A stretch of DNA of 64,000 nucleotides from an uncultured bacterium (GCA_964638715.1 CAZWZF010000005.1:37824-101823); one strand, 5' to 3'. Positions 1-11,520 are shown, counted from the stretch's first letter. Numbers and translations are program-made. Notes: generated from the letters alone by a model not told the origin.

Positions 1-1
1 G

Positions 2-1195
2 GCAGCAGGTACTTTGCGAAGTCTGCGTTACCGGGATTATGACGTGAATAAGCAAAGTTGCATGACAATTCATGCCGGAAAAACAGGATGCGCCGCCACC
101 TGGTTTTGGGATACCGGTACTACATTACCAGCGCTGGGATTAATGCGTGAAAATGAAACCGCTGCCGGGGTATTAAGAATATTAACTGCAGGGATAAAAG
201 ATGACGGTACACCACCGGTGACATATGAACATCAGCAATATTTATACAGTTATCAGATACCGTTGTTAGCATGGGGAACCGGGCATTATTTTTCTGAATG
301 CAGAGATATTAATTTAATGGCAAAATTTTATGGACCGCTATCGCGTTATGTGCAACATTGGTTGGATAAATATATTGTGGACCAATATGGACTGGTAGCA
401 TATCCAACCGGTAATACCAGCCTGGACGATGCTTTACGTTGGCATATTGGGTCACCGCTTATTCCGCAACCGGGTGAACAATGGTATAGAAAACAATGGG
501 GACAAATGCAACAGGATTTATTCGTAAGTCCTGACATAAACGCATTTCTGGTGCTGGAATTACGTACCCTGGCGGGTATGGCAAAGGCGCTGGGAATGCC
601 GGATAATGATGTGTTGCGTTGGCAACAACAGGCCGATAATCTGGCCGTTGCTATTAATAAATGGTTAATAGAACCGGAGACGAAAAGTTATCAGGATAGG
701 AATATTCAAACCGGAAAGTTTAATGGTATGGTACAATTAGGGTCGTTTATACCTGTATACGCGGGTATTGCCCCGCCGGAAATTGCGGAATATCTTTGTC
801 GTGAATATCTGTTGTCGCCAAAACATTTTCTTACTCCTTTTCCATTTCCTGTAGTGGACCGGGCACACCCAACTTACCGATCCGGTGGTTTTCTATATAG
901 TCCGGAAGCGTTCCCCGGTTCTCTGGTACAACAGTCATATTGGCGGGGCCGTACCTGGATTCATGGCAACAACTGGTATCTTGGTGCTTTATGGCAAAGT
1001 GGATTTAAGTATGAGGCAGATGAATTAGCTAATGTAATACTTACTGCAATTAGCCGTGGTGATGGTATAAACGAGTGTTACGATAGTCTTACTGGTTTCG
1101 GTAATGGCCATCCGGAATTTATGTGGTCGTCTGCTGCGGTATTAATGATGGCACATCATTTTTATCGAAAAAATCCTGTGGCTGAATTGTTGTAA
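2..1195 (+). CDS. (alpha/alpha)6-barrel glycoside hydrolase, GH63/GH37 (trehalase/MGH1-like); 5' end lies outside the window
   Basis: The reading frame is open to the window edge. C-terminal motifs YWRGRTWIHGNNW, INECYDSLTG and FMWSSAAV resemble trehalase/GH63-type barrels. Confidence 0.55.
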   Translation, partial: AAGTLRSLRYRDYDVNKQSCMTIHAGKTGCAATWFWDTGTTLPALGLMRENETAAGVLRILTAGIKDDGTPPVTYEHQQYLYSYQIPLLAWGTGHYFSECRDINLMAKFYGPLSRYVQHWLDKYIVDQYGLVAYPTGNTSLDDALRWHIGSPLIPQPGEQWYRKQWGQMQQDLFVSPDINAFLVLELRTLAGMAKALGMPDNDVLRWQQQADNLAVAINKWLIEPETKSYQDRNIQTGKFNGMVQLGSFIPVYAGIAPPEIAEYLCREYLLSPKHFLTPFPFPVVDRAHPTYRSGGFLYSPEAFPGSLVQQSYWRGRTWIHGNNWYLGALWQSGFKYEADELANVILTAISRGDGINECYDSLTGFGNGHPEFMWSSAAVLMMAHHFYRKNPVAELL

Positions 1196-1335
1196 AATAT
1201 AATCTTTAATAAATTATAAAGTTTATAAACGGGCTTGGATTGAATTGATTCAATAGTTCATGCTTTTGCAATCGCCGGTATGGATGTTTTATTTGATTCG
1301 GCCATTTCTGTATATTATTATGCGCAGTTTTGTTA

Positions 1336-1364
1336 ATGACAGGATAAGGTATGGGTGTTATATT
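1336..1364 (+). promoter_or_regulatory. candidate sigma70-type promoter ATGACA-N17-TATATT upstream of the first H-X9-DG gene
   Basis: Hexamers and 17-nt spacing were read directly. The site lies in a block conserved with 14442-14505. Confidence 0.35.
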
Positions 1365-1411
1365 AATACAGTAGGTTTGGAAAATAAATAACAAAAGGGG
1401 GTATTTTTCTT

Positions 1412-2542
1412 ATGTTACAACGTCAAAAGGGTTTCACTCTTATTGAACTACTGGTAGTGATAGCTATAATTGCTATCTTAGCCGCCATACTTTTTCCGGT
1501 ATTTGCCCGGGCGCGTGAGAAGGCGCGACAAACAACCTGCACAAATAATCAGCGTCAGATAGCGACAACCTTGTTGATGTATGCCCAGGACCATGAAGAA
1601 ATGTTGCCGGAAGAAACAACTGTATGGTCAAGCAGCAATTTAGATCCTGGAGTGCTGGTTTGCCCGACAAAAGGAAAAAACACTCCAAATGGTTATGTTT
1701 ATTCCATGATGATTGCCGGTCGGTCGTTGGGCGATATTGGCGACCCAACTAAAAGCGCGATGATTGCCGATGGCGCGCATACTGTAACCGCCACTGAGGC
1801 CGCTACGAATGTTGCTTATGCCGCACAGGATTTTGATTTAACACGCCATAGTGGCAAAATGATAAGTGCGTTTGTAGATGGTCATTGCGAATCTATCTCT
1901 ACTTCACCTATTATTTTATCATATGATGGAAAATTAGGAATGTTATCTTCACAAGTAAAAGCGACAATTGAGGCGTCATTAAAAACAAATTTAAACGCGA
2001 AAAATATCACTCAGATATTATCCAGCAACGGTAGTTCTGTTGTAACCTGCTCCGGTTCCGCGCCGGCTTGGCTTGGTACCGTTGCCGGAACTCCATCAAA
2101 TATCGCGTTGAAATCTGGTATGGACTGGGGTGGTACAACTTATATGCCATTGTTATCCAACACAGCTTACCCTATCAATACATCTTTGGATTTCACAATT
2201 ACGCCCAACTCATCTGCCGGCAACAAAAAGATTGCGGTTGTAATATATTGTCCGGTGCGTACATCAAATGTACCGGCGCGATATATGAATTCTGCAACCG
2301 CCTCAGGATGGCCACCAAGTTCATCAATTGGCGGTGGTGTGTATATAAGTAAAGGCAGTGATAAAGCCACTACACCATATATTGATATGGCTTCTGATGG
2401 TGGCAACACCGGTCCTGCCGCGGACGCGATGCTTTTTACTGTTCCAATATTGAAAAATATTCCTGTTACAATTCATCTGACATTTGCGTCAGATTCCTGC
2501 AATGTTAATCAGTCAGGATTGTATTTAGCTATTGAACCATAA
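1412..2542 (+). CDS. prepilin-type N-terminal cleavage/methylation protein with H-X9-DG motif (DUF1559-like) and a C-terminal module shared with 8946 and 10202
   Basis: Leader [45 protein letters not shown] with G|F site and Glu+5. H-X9-DG motif [23 protein letters not shown] lies upstream. Confidence 0.85.
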   Translation: MLQRQKGFTLIELLVVIAIIAILAAILFPVFARAREKARQTTCTNNQRQIATTLLMYAQDHEEMLPEETTVWSSSNLDPGVLVCPTKGKNTPNGYVYSMMIAGRSLGDIGDPTKSAMIADGAHTVTATEAATNVAYAAQDFDLTRHSGKMISAFVDGHCESISTSPIILSYDGKLGMLSSQVKATIEASLKTNLNAKNITQILSSNGSSVVTCSGSAPAWLGTVAGTPSNIALKSGMDWGGTTYMPLLSNTAYPINTSLDFTITPNSSAGNKKIAVVIYCPVRTSNVPARYMNSATASGWPPSSSIGGGVYISKGSDKATTPYIDMASDGGNTGPAADAMLFTVPILKNIPVTIHLTFASDSCNVNQSGLYLAIEP

Positions 2543-2598
2543 TCTGCTTGCATAATTTTAGTAGTCCGGAGTATCATATCATTATTATCGCTTGCATT

Positions 2599-2640
2599 TA
2601 TATAGTACAGGTAACTACAAGGGATTGCCCGTACTATATA
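2599..2640 (+). terminator. hairpin after the H-X9-DG gene (10-bp perfect stem TATATAGTAC/GTACTATATA, then TTT)
   Basis: Inverted repeat read directly. It is nested inside a second inverted repeat AGTCCGGA/TCCGGACT. Confidence 0.4.
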
Positions 2641-2701
2641 TTTAAAGCGAAATTATATTAATGTATAATCCGGACTATTATTTTGACAAAGGACTATTTT
2701 A

Positions 2702-4687
2702 ATGAATCCTGGTTATCGAAAAATTCATCTTGATTTTCATACACATCCATCACTAACTAATATTTGTGGTAAATTTGATGCTGAAGAGTTTGCTGACACA
2801 CTGGCAAATGCTGAAGTCGATTGTGTGGTGCTGTTTGCAAAAGGGCATTACGGATACGCGTTTTATAACTCATCCGTTAATCCGGTGCATCCCAATTTAA
2901 CAAAAGATTTCCTGCCATTAGCGGCAGAAGCCTGCAAAAAACGCGGGATTCGCACTGAGGCATATATTAGCGTTTGTTGTGATTATCAGAATTTCCTGAA
3001 GCATCCGGAATGGTCATGCCGCAATTCCGATGGCAGTATAGCCCGATGGAGCGAAGTTAGCGTTCTGCTTGATCTGGCGTCACCACTACTTGATGAAGTG
3101 GTTTTGCCAGTTACAGCAGAAGTAGTTCGCACTATGCCGGTGGATGGTATATGGTTTGATATTGTCATGTATCCTACAGATGGCATATATAGCAATTTTG
3201 TAACCGAACATCTACGGGAATCCGGATTGACTGATACGCTGGAAAATCGTGGGCAGTTAGCACATGAAATAACAATAAATGCCCAGAATCGTTTGTATTC
3301 TATGGTGAAATCTATAAAGCCGGATATGGAAGTATTATTTAATAACCAGGCTAACCTCGGTACCACCGAAGCTTTTCAATTTAATGACGTTATTGAGGTA
3401 GAATCTGACCCGGCTTATTGGCCGCAATACGACCTGGCATTGCGTTGCCGTTATCTGCGGTGTATCGGTAAACCGCACCATGGTCTGACCACCAGATTCC
3501 ATCGCTGTTGGGGAGATTTTGGCGGTTTGCGATCACCGGCACAATTACAGGGTGAAATGGGCATGATATATGCCGCGGGTACCCCATGGGTATCGCTGGG
3601 TGACCATCTTCACCCGGCAGGTGTGCTTGATTCATCTGTATATAAACTTATTGGTGGTGCATATACATATAGTATACCTATAGCGAAAATAGTCGAAAAT
3701 TCCTCTCCGCTAAGTGAAATTTCTTTACTGGTTTCACCAAATAATTCGCATTTCACCTCATTACGAAAAACAGATCAGACGGCGCAACTTGGTGCGACGC
3801 GTTTGATGGTGGAAGAACATCTGCAATTCAGTGTTAATGATATTTTGAGCGATTTCCCGAAAGATAATGTGATGCTGTTGCCAGGCGGAATGCCATTAAC
3901 ACCGGATGTAATAGCTGCCATACGACGGCGGGTTGAAAATGGTCAGCCATTGCTGGCATTAGGCAATCATGTCTGTGGATTTGAAGATTTAGTTGGCGCA
4001 GAACCGGTAGTAGAAACCGCAATGGATGGCCAACACCTTTGTTTTGATGGCATATTAGCAGATGAACTAATCGGTAAAATGCCGGTATCTGTATACAGCA
4101 AAGTTTGGACATTCACCCAAACAACCGGGACAAAAATTATCGCTGATGTTATTGATCCACTGTTTGATAATACACTGCCAGAGAATTATCATCCGCATGG
4201 TCCGGTAAATAATGACGGTATTCGCAGACCGGCTATTATAACCCGCGGTAATGTTATACTTTGCGGTGTATCACTGGCAGAGTTAATTCATACTGAAGGC
4301 GCGTGGACGCATATGCTGGCACTGTCACGATTGTTGCGCTACTTATCCGGCAACACAATGATAACAACCGATGTTGGACCATCCACAGAAATCGCGGTTC
4401 ATCGTCATGGTGATGATGCCGTAATACACCTGGTAACAGCACAATTTTCCCGCGGTGGTATGCCACCACAGCGAACACATACCTTTACCCCGGTTAAGGG
4501 TGCGAATATTTGCTTAAATGCCATATTAAAACCAGTGACAATGGAAGTTATAACAGGTGGGGAAATAACAGATTGGCAAAATGATGATAATGGTTTAAAG
4601 ATGGTAATTAACCTGTTGAATCCGCATGTGGTGATACGATGCCGCGGAGTATTCGCGGGAACGAATGAAAAATATGCGCAGGTATAA
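2702..4687 (+). CDS. putative glycoside hydrolase (GHL6/GH42-like TIM barrel)
   Basis: The N-terminus RKIHLDFHTHP...FDAEEFADTL...VLFAKGHYGYAFY resembles the hypothetical glycosyl hydrolase 6 family. The ORF encodes 661 aa. Confidence 0.45.
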   Translation: MNPGYRKIHLDFHTHPSLTNICGKFDAEEFADTLANAEVDCVVLFAKGHYGYAFYNSSVNPVHPNLTKDFLPLAAEACKKRGIRTEAYISVCCDYQNFLKHPEWSCRNSDGSIARWSEVSVLLDLASPLLDEVVLPVTAEVVRTMPVDGIWFDIVMYPTDGIYSNFVTEHLRESGLTDTLENRGQLAHEITINAQNRLYSMVKSIKPDMEVLFNNQANLGTTEAFQFNDVIEVESDPAYWPQYDLALRCRYLRCIGKPHHGLTTRFHRCWGDFGGLRSPAQLQGEMGMIYAAGTPWVSLGDHLHPAGVLDSSVYKLIGGAYTYSIPIAKIVENSSPLSEISLLVSPNNSHFTSLRKTDQTAQLGATRLMVEEHLQFSVNDILSDFPKDNVMLLPGGMPLTPDVIAAIRRRVENGQPLLALGNHVCGFEDLVGAEPVVETAMDGQHLCFDGILADELIGKMPVSVYSKVWTFTQTTGTKIIADVIDPLFDNTLPENYHPHGPVNNDGIRRPAIITRGNVILCGVSLAELIHTEGAWTHMLALSRLLRYLSGNTMITTDVGPSTEIAVHRHGDDAVIHLVTAQFSRGGMPPQRTHTFTPVKGANICLNAILKPVTMEVITGGEITDWQNDDNGLKMVINLLNPHVVIRCRGVFAGTNEKYAQV

Positions 4688-4716
4688 ACTGCATTATTAA
4701 GATAAAGGGAGAACCA

Positions 4717-6591
4717 ATGTATAATTTTAGAAATAAATTAACTTATTTATTAATTTGTGCGCTACTCATGGGAGGACTAACTATGAATGGCTTAACCGCG
4801 GATGTACAAATCACCCAGGCGGATGACCGGTCGGTAAATGTAAAAACGCCGGTATATACCGCGCAGATTGATGCCAAAGGCAATCTGACTGAAGTGAATG
4901 TTAAAGGAGCAAAAGCTTTTTCGCACCAGTTTGGTAATCCGGGAATATCACCAAAAGAATCCCCGACTATAAATATAACGGCAAATTTGGTGGCTGTCCG
5001 GTCGGAAGCGATGCGAGTGGAATGGACTTTTGGTGAAGATACTATAAAATTTCTCACAGAGGGATATAACTTTGAGGGAACTATTGATTCGTCGGTGAAA
5101 GCTATTGTTGCTCCGGGAGGCGGTGGCGGCGCAGTGGGTAAATATAATGGCGGTAGCACAGCGATAATATTGGCGAATGACCTTACAGTCGCGTCAAAAA
5201 CTTCAATGCATATTCACGAAAGGCGATACATACCGGCAGCATATACCAGTGGCGGTGTAAAACCCGGCATGCTAATCGAAAACACTCTGACTCTTGGCGC
5301 GCCTGCGGATGCCGCGCAAACCATCAGCAGTATCACAATTAAATCAATCGGTACTGATATTAAACCTTTGCTTGCAGATGGCAATCAGAGTGGTTACGGG
5401 TATATTCACTTTTCTGATGCTAAAAAGATATCTTTCGCATATTCTCAACAGAACATAGGTAAAACACCTGCAGATATTGAATATCGCGCGGTAGTGTTGG
5501 ACCATTATAGCCTTGGTAAAAAGGTTGCTGAGTTTAAAAAGAATATTAAATTAGAAGGTGAATCTACTTACAACGAAACAATTACAATGCCGGAACTACC
5601 TGCCGGATTTTATTATTTATCAATATTAGCATGGCGCGGCGACACAAAACTGGTTGAGGCTAAACAGAGTTTTGCAGTCAATATTACAGAATATCATCAT
5701 GAACTTACCCGTCCGATAGATTTTAAAGATTTCTGGAAACGACAAAATGATAAATTGGCAGCAACACCTTTAAATTCGAAAGTAACTTTAATTTCAGTGC
5801 CGGAAAATATGAATAAAGCATATGAAGTATTTATTGATATGCCGGATGGAAATAAAGTCCATGGCTGTCTGGTGATACCAGAAAAAATCGGCAAGGCGCC
5901 GACACAATTCGGTTCATTAACCACAGGTCCCCTTAATGACTTAATCAATAACGCTAAGAAGTCAGATTTTAAACCTGCTGACAGCGTTTCATTTACCATT
6001 ACATTACCAGAGGAAGGAACATATACAAGCTGGAAAGACGCGGAGAACAATAATTTGCTTAATTGTATTCTGACTTATTTACGGGGGATAGATTTTCTCG
6101 TCAGTCGTCCCGAGGTTGATAAACAGCGAATAATGGTATCCGGAGCAAGCCGTTCCGGTGGACTGACTTTGATTACCGCCGCGCTTCGGCCACAGAATAT
6201 CTGCGCGGCTAACGGTTTTGTCCATACATCCTGTGGATTAAGCTGGGAAGACAAACCGTATCTTGGCTGGGGAAAATGCCCTGATATTAAAAATCCGGAA
6301 GCACTGAAGATTTTCTGCAGCCAGGCTGCCTATGTTGACCCGGTAAATTTCGCGCCGGATGTTAAATGTCCGGCAATTTTAGCTTATGGGATTGACGATG
6401 TCTTTTCACCCCCGCAAGGTATTGAAACGGCTTATCATCTACTCGGTTCCAAGTGGAAACGTATCAGCCGTGATGAAGGCGGACATCAATACAGCAAGGG
6501 ATGCCAGCAAATACAAAAAGATATGAACGCATATCTGGATGCCGGCAGTGCGGCAGGTCCGGACCAAAGCAAAACTATGACAGACCATTGA
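4717..6591 (+). CDS. secreted protein with C-terminal acetyl xylan esterase (CE7/AXE1-like) alpha/beta-hydrolase domain
   Basis: Signal-like N-terminus. GASRSGG nucleophile-elbow-like motif, GIDDVFSP and GGHQ in the C-terminal half. Confidence 0.55.
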   Translation: MYNFRNKLTYLLICALLMGGLTMNGLTADVQITQADDRSVNVKTPVYTAQIDAKGNLTEVNVKGAKAFSHQFGNPGISPKESPTINITANLVAVRSEAMRVEWTFGEDTIKFLTEGYNFEGTIDSSVKAIVAPGGGGGAVGKYNGGSTAIILANDLTVASKTSMHIHERRYIPAAYTSGGVKPGMLIENTLTLGAPADAAQTISSITIKSIGTDIKPLLADGNQSGYGYIHFSDAKKISFAYSQQNIGKTPADIEYRAVVLDHYSLGKKVAEFKKNIKLEGESTYNETITMPELPAGFYYLSILAWRGDTKLVEAKQSFAVNITEYHHELTRPIDFKDFWKRQNDKLAATPLNSKVTLISVPENMNKAYEVFIDMPDGNKVHGCLVIPEKIGKAPTQFGSLTTGPLNDLINNAKKSDFKPADSVSFTITLPEEGTYTSWKDAENNNLLNCILTYLRGIDFLVSRPEVDKQRIMVSGASRSGGLTLITAALRPQNICAANGFVHTSCGLSWEDKPYLGWGKCPDIKNPEALKIFCSQAAYVDPVNFAPDVKCPAILAYGIDDVFSPPQGIETAYHLLGSKWKRISRDEGGHQYSKGCQQIQKDMNAYLDAGSAAGPDQSKTMTDH

Positions 6592-6602
6592 GGAGAATTT
6601 TT

Positions 6603-7928
6603 ATGCGACTTATCACATTGAGTTTATTACTTTTAGTTTTCATGTCATTCGCTTTCGCGCAGAATGATCTTCCTGCCAGCATTGGTCAGGCATGGAAAGA
6701 CCGGCGTCCCATAGCACAATATTTTATTTCCCAGGGACAATTTGTAACTAAAGATAATCCAAGCGGTTATTTGAATAAAGAAGTGAATGTCTCTACCCTG
6801 GAAGGAAAAGAAGCATTTCGCAAATTACTGATGGAAAGTGCTGACCGTTGGGTAGGCATACTTAAAGAAAACAATGCCCAAGGGATGATTGTGTGGGATT
6901 TAGAAGGCTATAGCCAGGCAGGGATGGTTTATGTTGGCGACCCGCGTGTATTGCCGGAATATGCACCTGAAATGGATGTAGTGGCGGAAGAGTTCTTTAA
7001 GAAGTTTGTCGATGCCGGCATCCGCACCGGGGTGACAATTCGTCCCAACCGTATTTTTCGCATTGAAGGAGAAGCCGCCATAGCAAAATGGGGAAAGTGG
7101 GGGTATAATTATCAACGGCAAAGTAAAGTTGTATCTGAATTATCATCAATGATTACATACGCAAAACGCCGATTTGGCTGCACAATTTTCTACATGGACA
7201 GCAACTCTTACACTACTGATGACAGCAAAGACGGTTTCACTCCAAGTGCGATAATCACTGCTGCCATGCTGAAGGAACTGCGAATACTGCATCCGGATGT
7301 GCTGATTATACCGGAACACCCGATAGCCGGCGGACATGAATGGACCGCGCAATATCGTGAATTACGTGGTGGCTGGAAAGGTACGCCGGATGCAGAACGA
7401 CAGAAATATCCGGGAGCATTTTCTGTACTGTCATTTGGCGGCGGCAAAGAGTTTCAGATAGAACAAAACTGGGAAACTTTGGTAAATAGCATTGCGCAGG
7501 GAGATGTCGCATTCATATCCGGATGGTATCCTGCCGGTGAAAATCAATTGGTAAAATATATCTGGAGACAGGCTGAATACCAGAAATCGAAACTTCCCAC
7601 AGGAACAGATGAAAAGTCAGTACCGGAACTGTTGAAATTATTGGAGTGGAATTATCAGCCTGTTCGTTTTCTGGCTGTCAGGGCATTAGCGAATATTGAA
7701 AATACGACGCAGATAGAGGAGTTAATTAAAATAGCGAGGAAAGATAATGACTGGGTGATTCAGAAAGAAGCCATCATTGCACTTGGCAAACTTAAAACTG
7801 TTGACGCTATACCAGTGTTAAAAAATATTGATACAAATAATATAAAAGGTCTTCGGTATTTTGCTAAAACAGCATTAACACAAATACGTGCTGATGAATC
7901 ACCATTTAAAGAAGAATTAAAACCGTAA
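6603..7928 (+). CDS. secreted hypothetical protein with C-terminal HEAT-like repeats
   Basis: The ATG at 6603 follows GAGGAG and gives the signal peptide MRLITLSLLLLVFMSFAFAQ. The C-terminus VRALANIEN...IIALGKLKTVDAIPVL is HEAT/PBS-lyase-like. Confidence 0.6.
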   Translation: MRLITLSLLLLVFMSFAFAQNDLPASIGQAWKDRRPIAQYFISQGQFVTKDNPSGYLNKEVNVSTLEGKEAFRKLLMESADRWVGILKENNAQGMIVWDLEGYSQAGMVYVGDPRVLPEYAPEMDVVAEEFFKKFVDAGIRTGVTIRPNRIFRIEGEAAIAKWGKWGYNYQRQSKVVSELSSMITYAKRRFGCTIFYMDSNSYTTDDSKDGFTPSAIITAAMLKELRILHPDVLIIPEHPIAGGHEWTAQYRELRGGWKGTPDAERQKYPGAFSVLSFGGGKEFQIEQNWETLVNSIAQGDVAFISGWYPAGENQLVKYIWRQAEYQKSKLPTGTDEKSVPELLKLLEWNYQPVRFLAVRALANIENTTQIEELIKIARKDNDWVIQKEAIIALGKLKTVDAIPVLKNIDTNNIKGLRYFAKTALTQIRADESPFKEELKP

Positions 7929-7938
7929 AGGTTGCAAT

Positions 7939-8805
7939 ATGCCGGATATCGCTAATGAATTATATCAACATAAATCGCATTTCTGGAATCAGGCAACAGA
8001 TAATCTTTTATTTGATACCTGTGGGATTAATGTTGCATTTGTAGGCATAAGTTATAATATCACACCGTATGAATCATTATATGGCGATGCTAATAATTAC
8101 GGCTTATCTTATGTAAGCAGTGGTTCGGCAAGGATAATTATAGATAATGAAACCTTTGTTGTCAGTCGTGGCGATATAGTTTTATTCCCAAAAAACAAAA
8201 TGAATGCTATTTACCCGGATACTGATTGTAATTGGGAATGGTGCTGGATAGTGATGGGTGGTGCGCCAATAGACCGTATAGTAGAAGAATCAGGATGGTT
8301 AAATCATCCATGTCCTGTAATTACCAATACATCATTACCGTTTCTAACTATCACAAAATCAATGATGCAATCATTCCATCTTAAACCTAATGGCAGTTTA
8401 TTAGTAGGTGGTTTGTTGTTGCAACTGCTTGGGCATATCGCGCAGTCGAATGTTAACAGCGAAATAATAATTCCACAATCAGACCGTGACCAGCAAGTAA
8501 CAGATATCATAAGTTACATGGGACGGCATTTAACAGCACCATTAACGCTGGAGGAACTTGCTGAAAATTTTTACCTGTCACCGTCTCAATTAAGCAAATT
8601 ATTCCGCCGTATTACCGGGGTATCCCCAATACAATATTTCAAATATTTACGTATAGAAACCGCGAAAGGATTGTTGCGGTCATCCATGAGCATTAGCAGC
8701 ATTGCAGTACAGGTAGGTTTTGACGAAATTGTAACTTTCGACCGCGCCTTCAAACGTATTACCGGCATGACACCACGCCAATATCGGCTGGAAATTTGCA
8801 GATAG
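7939..8805 (+). CDS. AraC family transcriptional regulator (cupin-like sensor plus HTH)
   Basis: The C-terminal LSPSQLSKLFRRITGVSPIQYFKYLRIETAKGLL...FKRITGMTPRQYR is typical of an AraC double HTH. Confidence 0.85.
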   Translation: MPDIANELYQHKSHFWNQATDNLLFDTCGINVAFVGISYNITPYESLYGDANNYGLSYVSSGSARIIIDNETFVVSRGDIVLFPKNKMNAIYPDTDCNWEWCWIVMGGAPIDRIVEESGWLNHPCPVITNTSLPFLTITKSMMQSFHLKPNGSLLVGGLLLQLLGHIAQSNVNSEIIIPQSDRDQQVTDIISYMGRHLTAPLTLEELAENFYLSPSQLSKLFRRITGVSPIQYFKYLRIETAKGLLRSSMSISSIAVQVGFDEIVTFDRAFKRITGMTPRQYRLEICR

Positions 8806-8853
8806 ATTTAACTAATTCTTAATGATATTTTTGAAATTGGCATTAATTGTCTA

Positions 8854-8882
8854 TTGACATGCTGAGTTTATTATTGTATAAT
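8854..8882 (+). promoter_or_regulatory. consensus sigma70 promoter TTGACA-N17-TATAAT
   Basis: TTGACA at 8854-8859 and TATAAT at 8877-8882 with a 17-nt spacer. It lies about 65 nt upstream of the 8946 start. Confidence 0.65.
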
Positions 8883-8945
8883 TTCTTATATATTATAGTT
8901 AGCGCTAACTATAATATTTATATAAGCGCGAAAAGGAGAAAATGT

Positions 8946-10172
8946 ATGAATATTCTTAATTCGAGGAAGGGGTTTACACTCATTGAATTACTGGTTGTAA
9001 TTGCCATTATTGCCATCCTCGCCGCTATTCTATTCCCTGTATTTGCTCGAGCCCGCGAGAAAGCGCGACAGACTACCTGCACAAACAATCAACGGCAAAT
9101 AGCAACATCTGTAATGATGTATGCGCAGGATCATGAAGAGACATTGCCAGCAGCATCAGACTGGACAAACTCCATTAATATGGGGGATGGTAAAATATTC
9201 GACTGTCCATCTACCAGTGGTTCTACCACCGGTGGTCTTCCTGATTATATTTATTTTGCCGGAAAAAATAGTGTCACTTATAAAGAGGGTTTATTATCAT
9301 CACGAACTTTGGGTGATGTTACCGACCCATCAGCAACCCCGCTTATTTGTGACCGTGCTATCAGTTATCCGTCACCATATGTTGCTACCTCTGACGCCAA
9401 CGATTATATTTACGTAGATACTGATATTATTCCGGCTATAGATTTTCGTCATAACAGCAATGTAATAGTTGTATTCATGGATGGCCATGTTGAGGCAAAA
9501 CCTAAATCATCAACAGATATTTATTTCTTTCTTCGCGTGATATCTGATAAAGATTATGTAATAGCTAATCCGAGTATCGCATTTACAGATAAAGCAGGAA
9601 CAGACAGCACGTATACTCAAAAAAATCTGGACAGATTATGGCAAAGCCAGAATATCAAATATCTGTATTATGGTGCCCGTACCGGCAATTCACCTGGATG
9701 GTATAATAATAAAGGCGGCACAACCGCTCCTAAATGGGTTGGCAGCATTGCTTTAACTGACCCGGGAGCAACCGGATGTACTGTAATTCCATCAGGATTT
9801 GGTGAATTATCAATATGGTGGGGTGTAACATCAAAATTTACTACTATGTATGCCCGCTCCGGCGGTGGCGGTTCAGTGCAACATAACGCGCGTCTGACCA
9901 TTACACCTGCTGCCGGTTTAGCCACGATGAAACGTGTTGCCGTTACTTTATCACGAGACCCTGAAGGTTGGGCCTCAGTAAAAGACGGAGGATCGCAGGT
10001 GACAGTAACCGGGTATGGCGCACTAAACCTGGCATTGCCGACAACAACAATTTCCGCCAGCACGACATACTACTCTGTAGCATTAATACCGGTTGTAACC
10101 GGAAAAGCTATAACAATAGACCTGAAACCTAATTGTTATGGTGGTGGTATGTCTGTAATTTTTGAAGAATAG
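8946..10172 (+). CDS. prepilin-type H-X9-DG protein, first of a tandem paralogue pair
   Basis: The ATG at 8946 follows AAAAGGAGAA and gives [20 protein letters not shown]9-DG motif [12 protein letters not shown]. The C-terminal module aligns with 10202-11446. Confidence 0.85.
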   Translation: MNILNSRKGFTLIELLVVIAIIAILAAILFPVFARAREKARQTTCTNNQRQIATSVMMYAQDHEETLPAASDWTNSINMGDGKIFDCPSTSGSTTGGLPDYIYFAGKNSVTYKEGLLSSRTLGDVTDPSATPLICDRAISYPSPYVATSDANDYIYVDTDIIPAIDFRHNSNVIVVFMDGHVEAKPKSSTDIYFFLRVISDKDYVIANPSIAFTDKAGTDSTYTQKNLDRLWQSQNIKYLYYGARTGNSPGWYNNKGGTTAPKWVGSIALTDPGATGCTVIPSGFGELSIWWGVTSKFTTMYARSGGGGSVQHNARLTITPAAGLATMKRVAVTLSRDPEGWASVKDGGSQVTVTGYGALNLALPTTTISASTTYYSVALIPVVTGKAITIDLKPNCYGGGMSVIFEE

Positions 10173-10201
10173 AACTATTTCGCAATAAAAAGGAGAAGAT
10201 T

Positions 10202-11446
10202 ATGCAAAATATTAAAAAAAATGGGTTCACTCTGATAGAACTTCTCGTCGTGATAGCCATTATTGCCATCCTCGCCGCTATACTTTTTCCGGTATTTGCC
10301 CGTGCGCGCGAAAAAGCCCGTCAGACTACATGTACATCAAACCAACGGCAGATAGCAGCATCTTTGCAGATGTATGCACAGGACCATGAGGAAGTTATGC
10401 CGGATGCCGCTTCATGGGCTCAGGCTGCGAAAGCTGGAGAGGACAAGATTTATGACTGTCCGGCATCTGGCCGTAAAGGCAGTGGCGGCGACCCGGATTA
10501 TATCTATATCGGTGCCAAATATACCGGGGCAGGCACAGGCAGCGATACACTGCTTTCCACTGGTTCTATGGGTGAATTTCCTGACCCGGCAGTAACTCCT
10601 ATGATAGGGGATCGTATAACAACCTCACTGATACCCTACATTACCTATAATGATGCTGGACCACCAGCAGTGTTGATTACTGATCAGGATATTGTTCCAT
10701 ATATAGGTTTTCCACATAATGGCAGCGCTATATTCGCGTTTTTGGATGGTCATGTGGCATCAGTAGCGCAGGCAAGTGTAAATGGGCCATTTTTTGTTTA
10801 TGGCAAAGGTAAATCTGACCCGGTAATTTGTAACCCGGTAGTTATTTATAAAAGTCAGGGTGGAACAGGTTCACCGGATGTATGGACCCAAAGCAGTCTT
10901 GACCAATTATGGAACAATAAAAGCGTAAACTACCTTTATTACGGAACCGCGGCAGGATCAAGTGTAAAGGCATGGATTACTAACACCGGTGTCGCCAGTG
11001 CGCCTTCGTGGATTAATACCATCACCCCGTCAGACCCGGGTGGCACAAATTGTATTACCATCGCCAGCAGTTTTGGCGAAATGAAGATAAATTGGAACGG
11101 AAACAATAAATATACAACTGTTTATTGCCGTTCCGGTGGTGGTGGTCAGGTACAGCATAACGGACGCCTTTCCATTGTACCGGCAAGTGGTGTCTTAGCA
11201 ATGAAGAAAATAGCGGTCACCATGGCGATAGATCCGGAAGGTTGGGCATCCGCGAAAGACAATGGTACATCTTTGGCGGTAAATACCTTAAGCGCGGCCA
11301 ATTTTGGTTTGCCGATGACAAATATCGTTCATGGGGTTACTTATTATTCTATCATGTGGGTACCGGTAATATCCGGAAGAAATATCACATTGGATTTAAT
11401 GCCGTATTGTTATGGATGTTGTATGGCAGTCGCTTTTGAGGGATAA
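10202..11446 (+). CDS. prepilin-type H-X9-DG protein, second of the tandem paralogue pair
   Basis: Leader [47 protein letters not shown]9-DG motif [12 protein letters not shown]. The C-terminal block [16 protein letters not shown]...[10 protein letters not shown] is shared with 8946. Confidence 0.85.
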   Translation: MQNIKKNGFTLIELLVVIAIIAILAAILFPVFARAREKARQTTCTSNQRQIAASLQMYAQDHEEVMPDAASWAQAAKAGEDKIYDCPASGRKGSGGDPDYIYIGAKYTGAGTGSDTLLSTGSMGEFPDPAVTPMIGDRITTSLIPYITYNDAGPPAVLITDQDIVPYIGFPHNGSAIFAFLDGHVASVAQASVNGPFFVYGKGKSDPVICNPVVIYKSQGGTGSPDVWTQSSLDQLWNNKSVNYLYYGTAAGSSVKAWITNTGVASAPSWINTITPSDPGGTNCITIASSFGEMKINWNGNNKYTTVYCRSGGGGQVQHNGRLSIVPASGVLAMKKIAVTMAIDPEGWASAKDNGTSLAVNTLSAANFGLPMTNIVHGVTYYSIMWVPVISGRNITLDLMPYCYGCCMAVAFEG

Positions 11447-11467
11447 ATAAAGAAAATTTTCGTTTTA

Positions 11468-11520
11468 GGTCACTTTAACAAGCACAGTAACCGGTCGCTG
11501 AGCCTGTTGAAGTGACCTTT
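11468..11520 (+). terminator. long imperfect hairpin followed by TTTT
   Basis: AGGTCACTT...AAGTGACCT arms followed by a T-run, starting about 20 nt after the stop codon. Confidence 0.5.

Noticed and set aside
6501-6602. The upstream extension of the 6501-7928 ORF, and similar 5' extensions at 8847, 18493, 27505, 28611, 34073, 36532 and 47659.
   Set aside because: Internal ATGs preceded by Shine-Dalgarno-like sequences give proper signal peptides or family-typical N-termini. The extensions overlap upstream genes or lack any signal.
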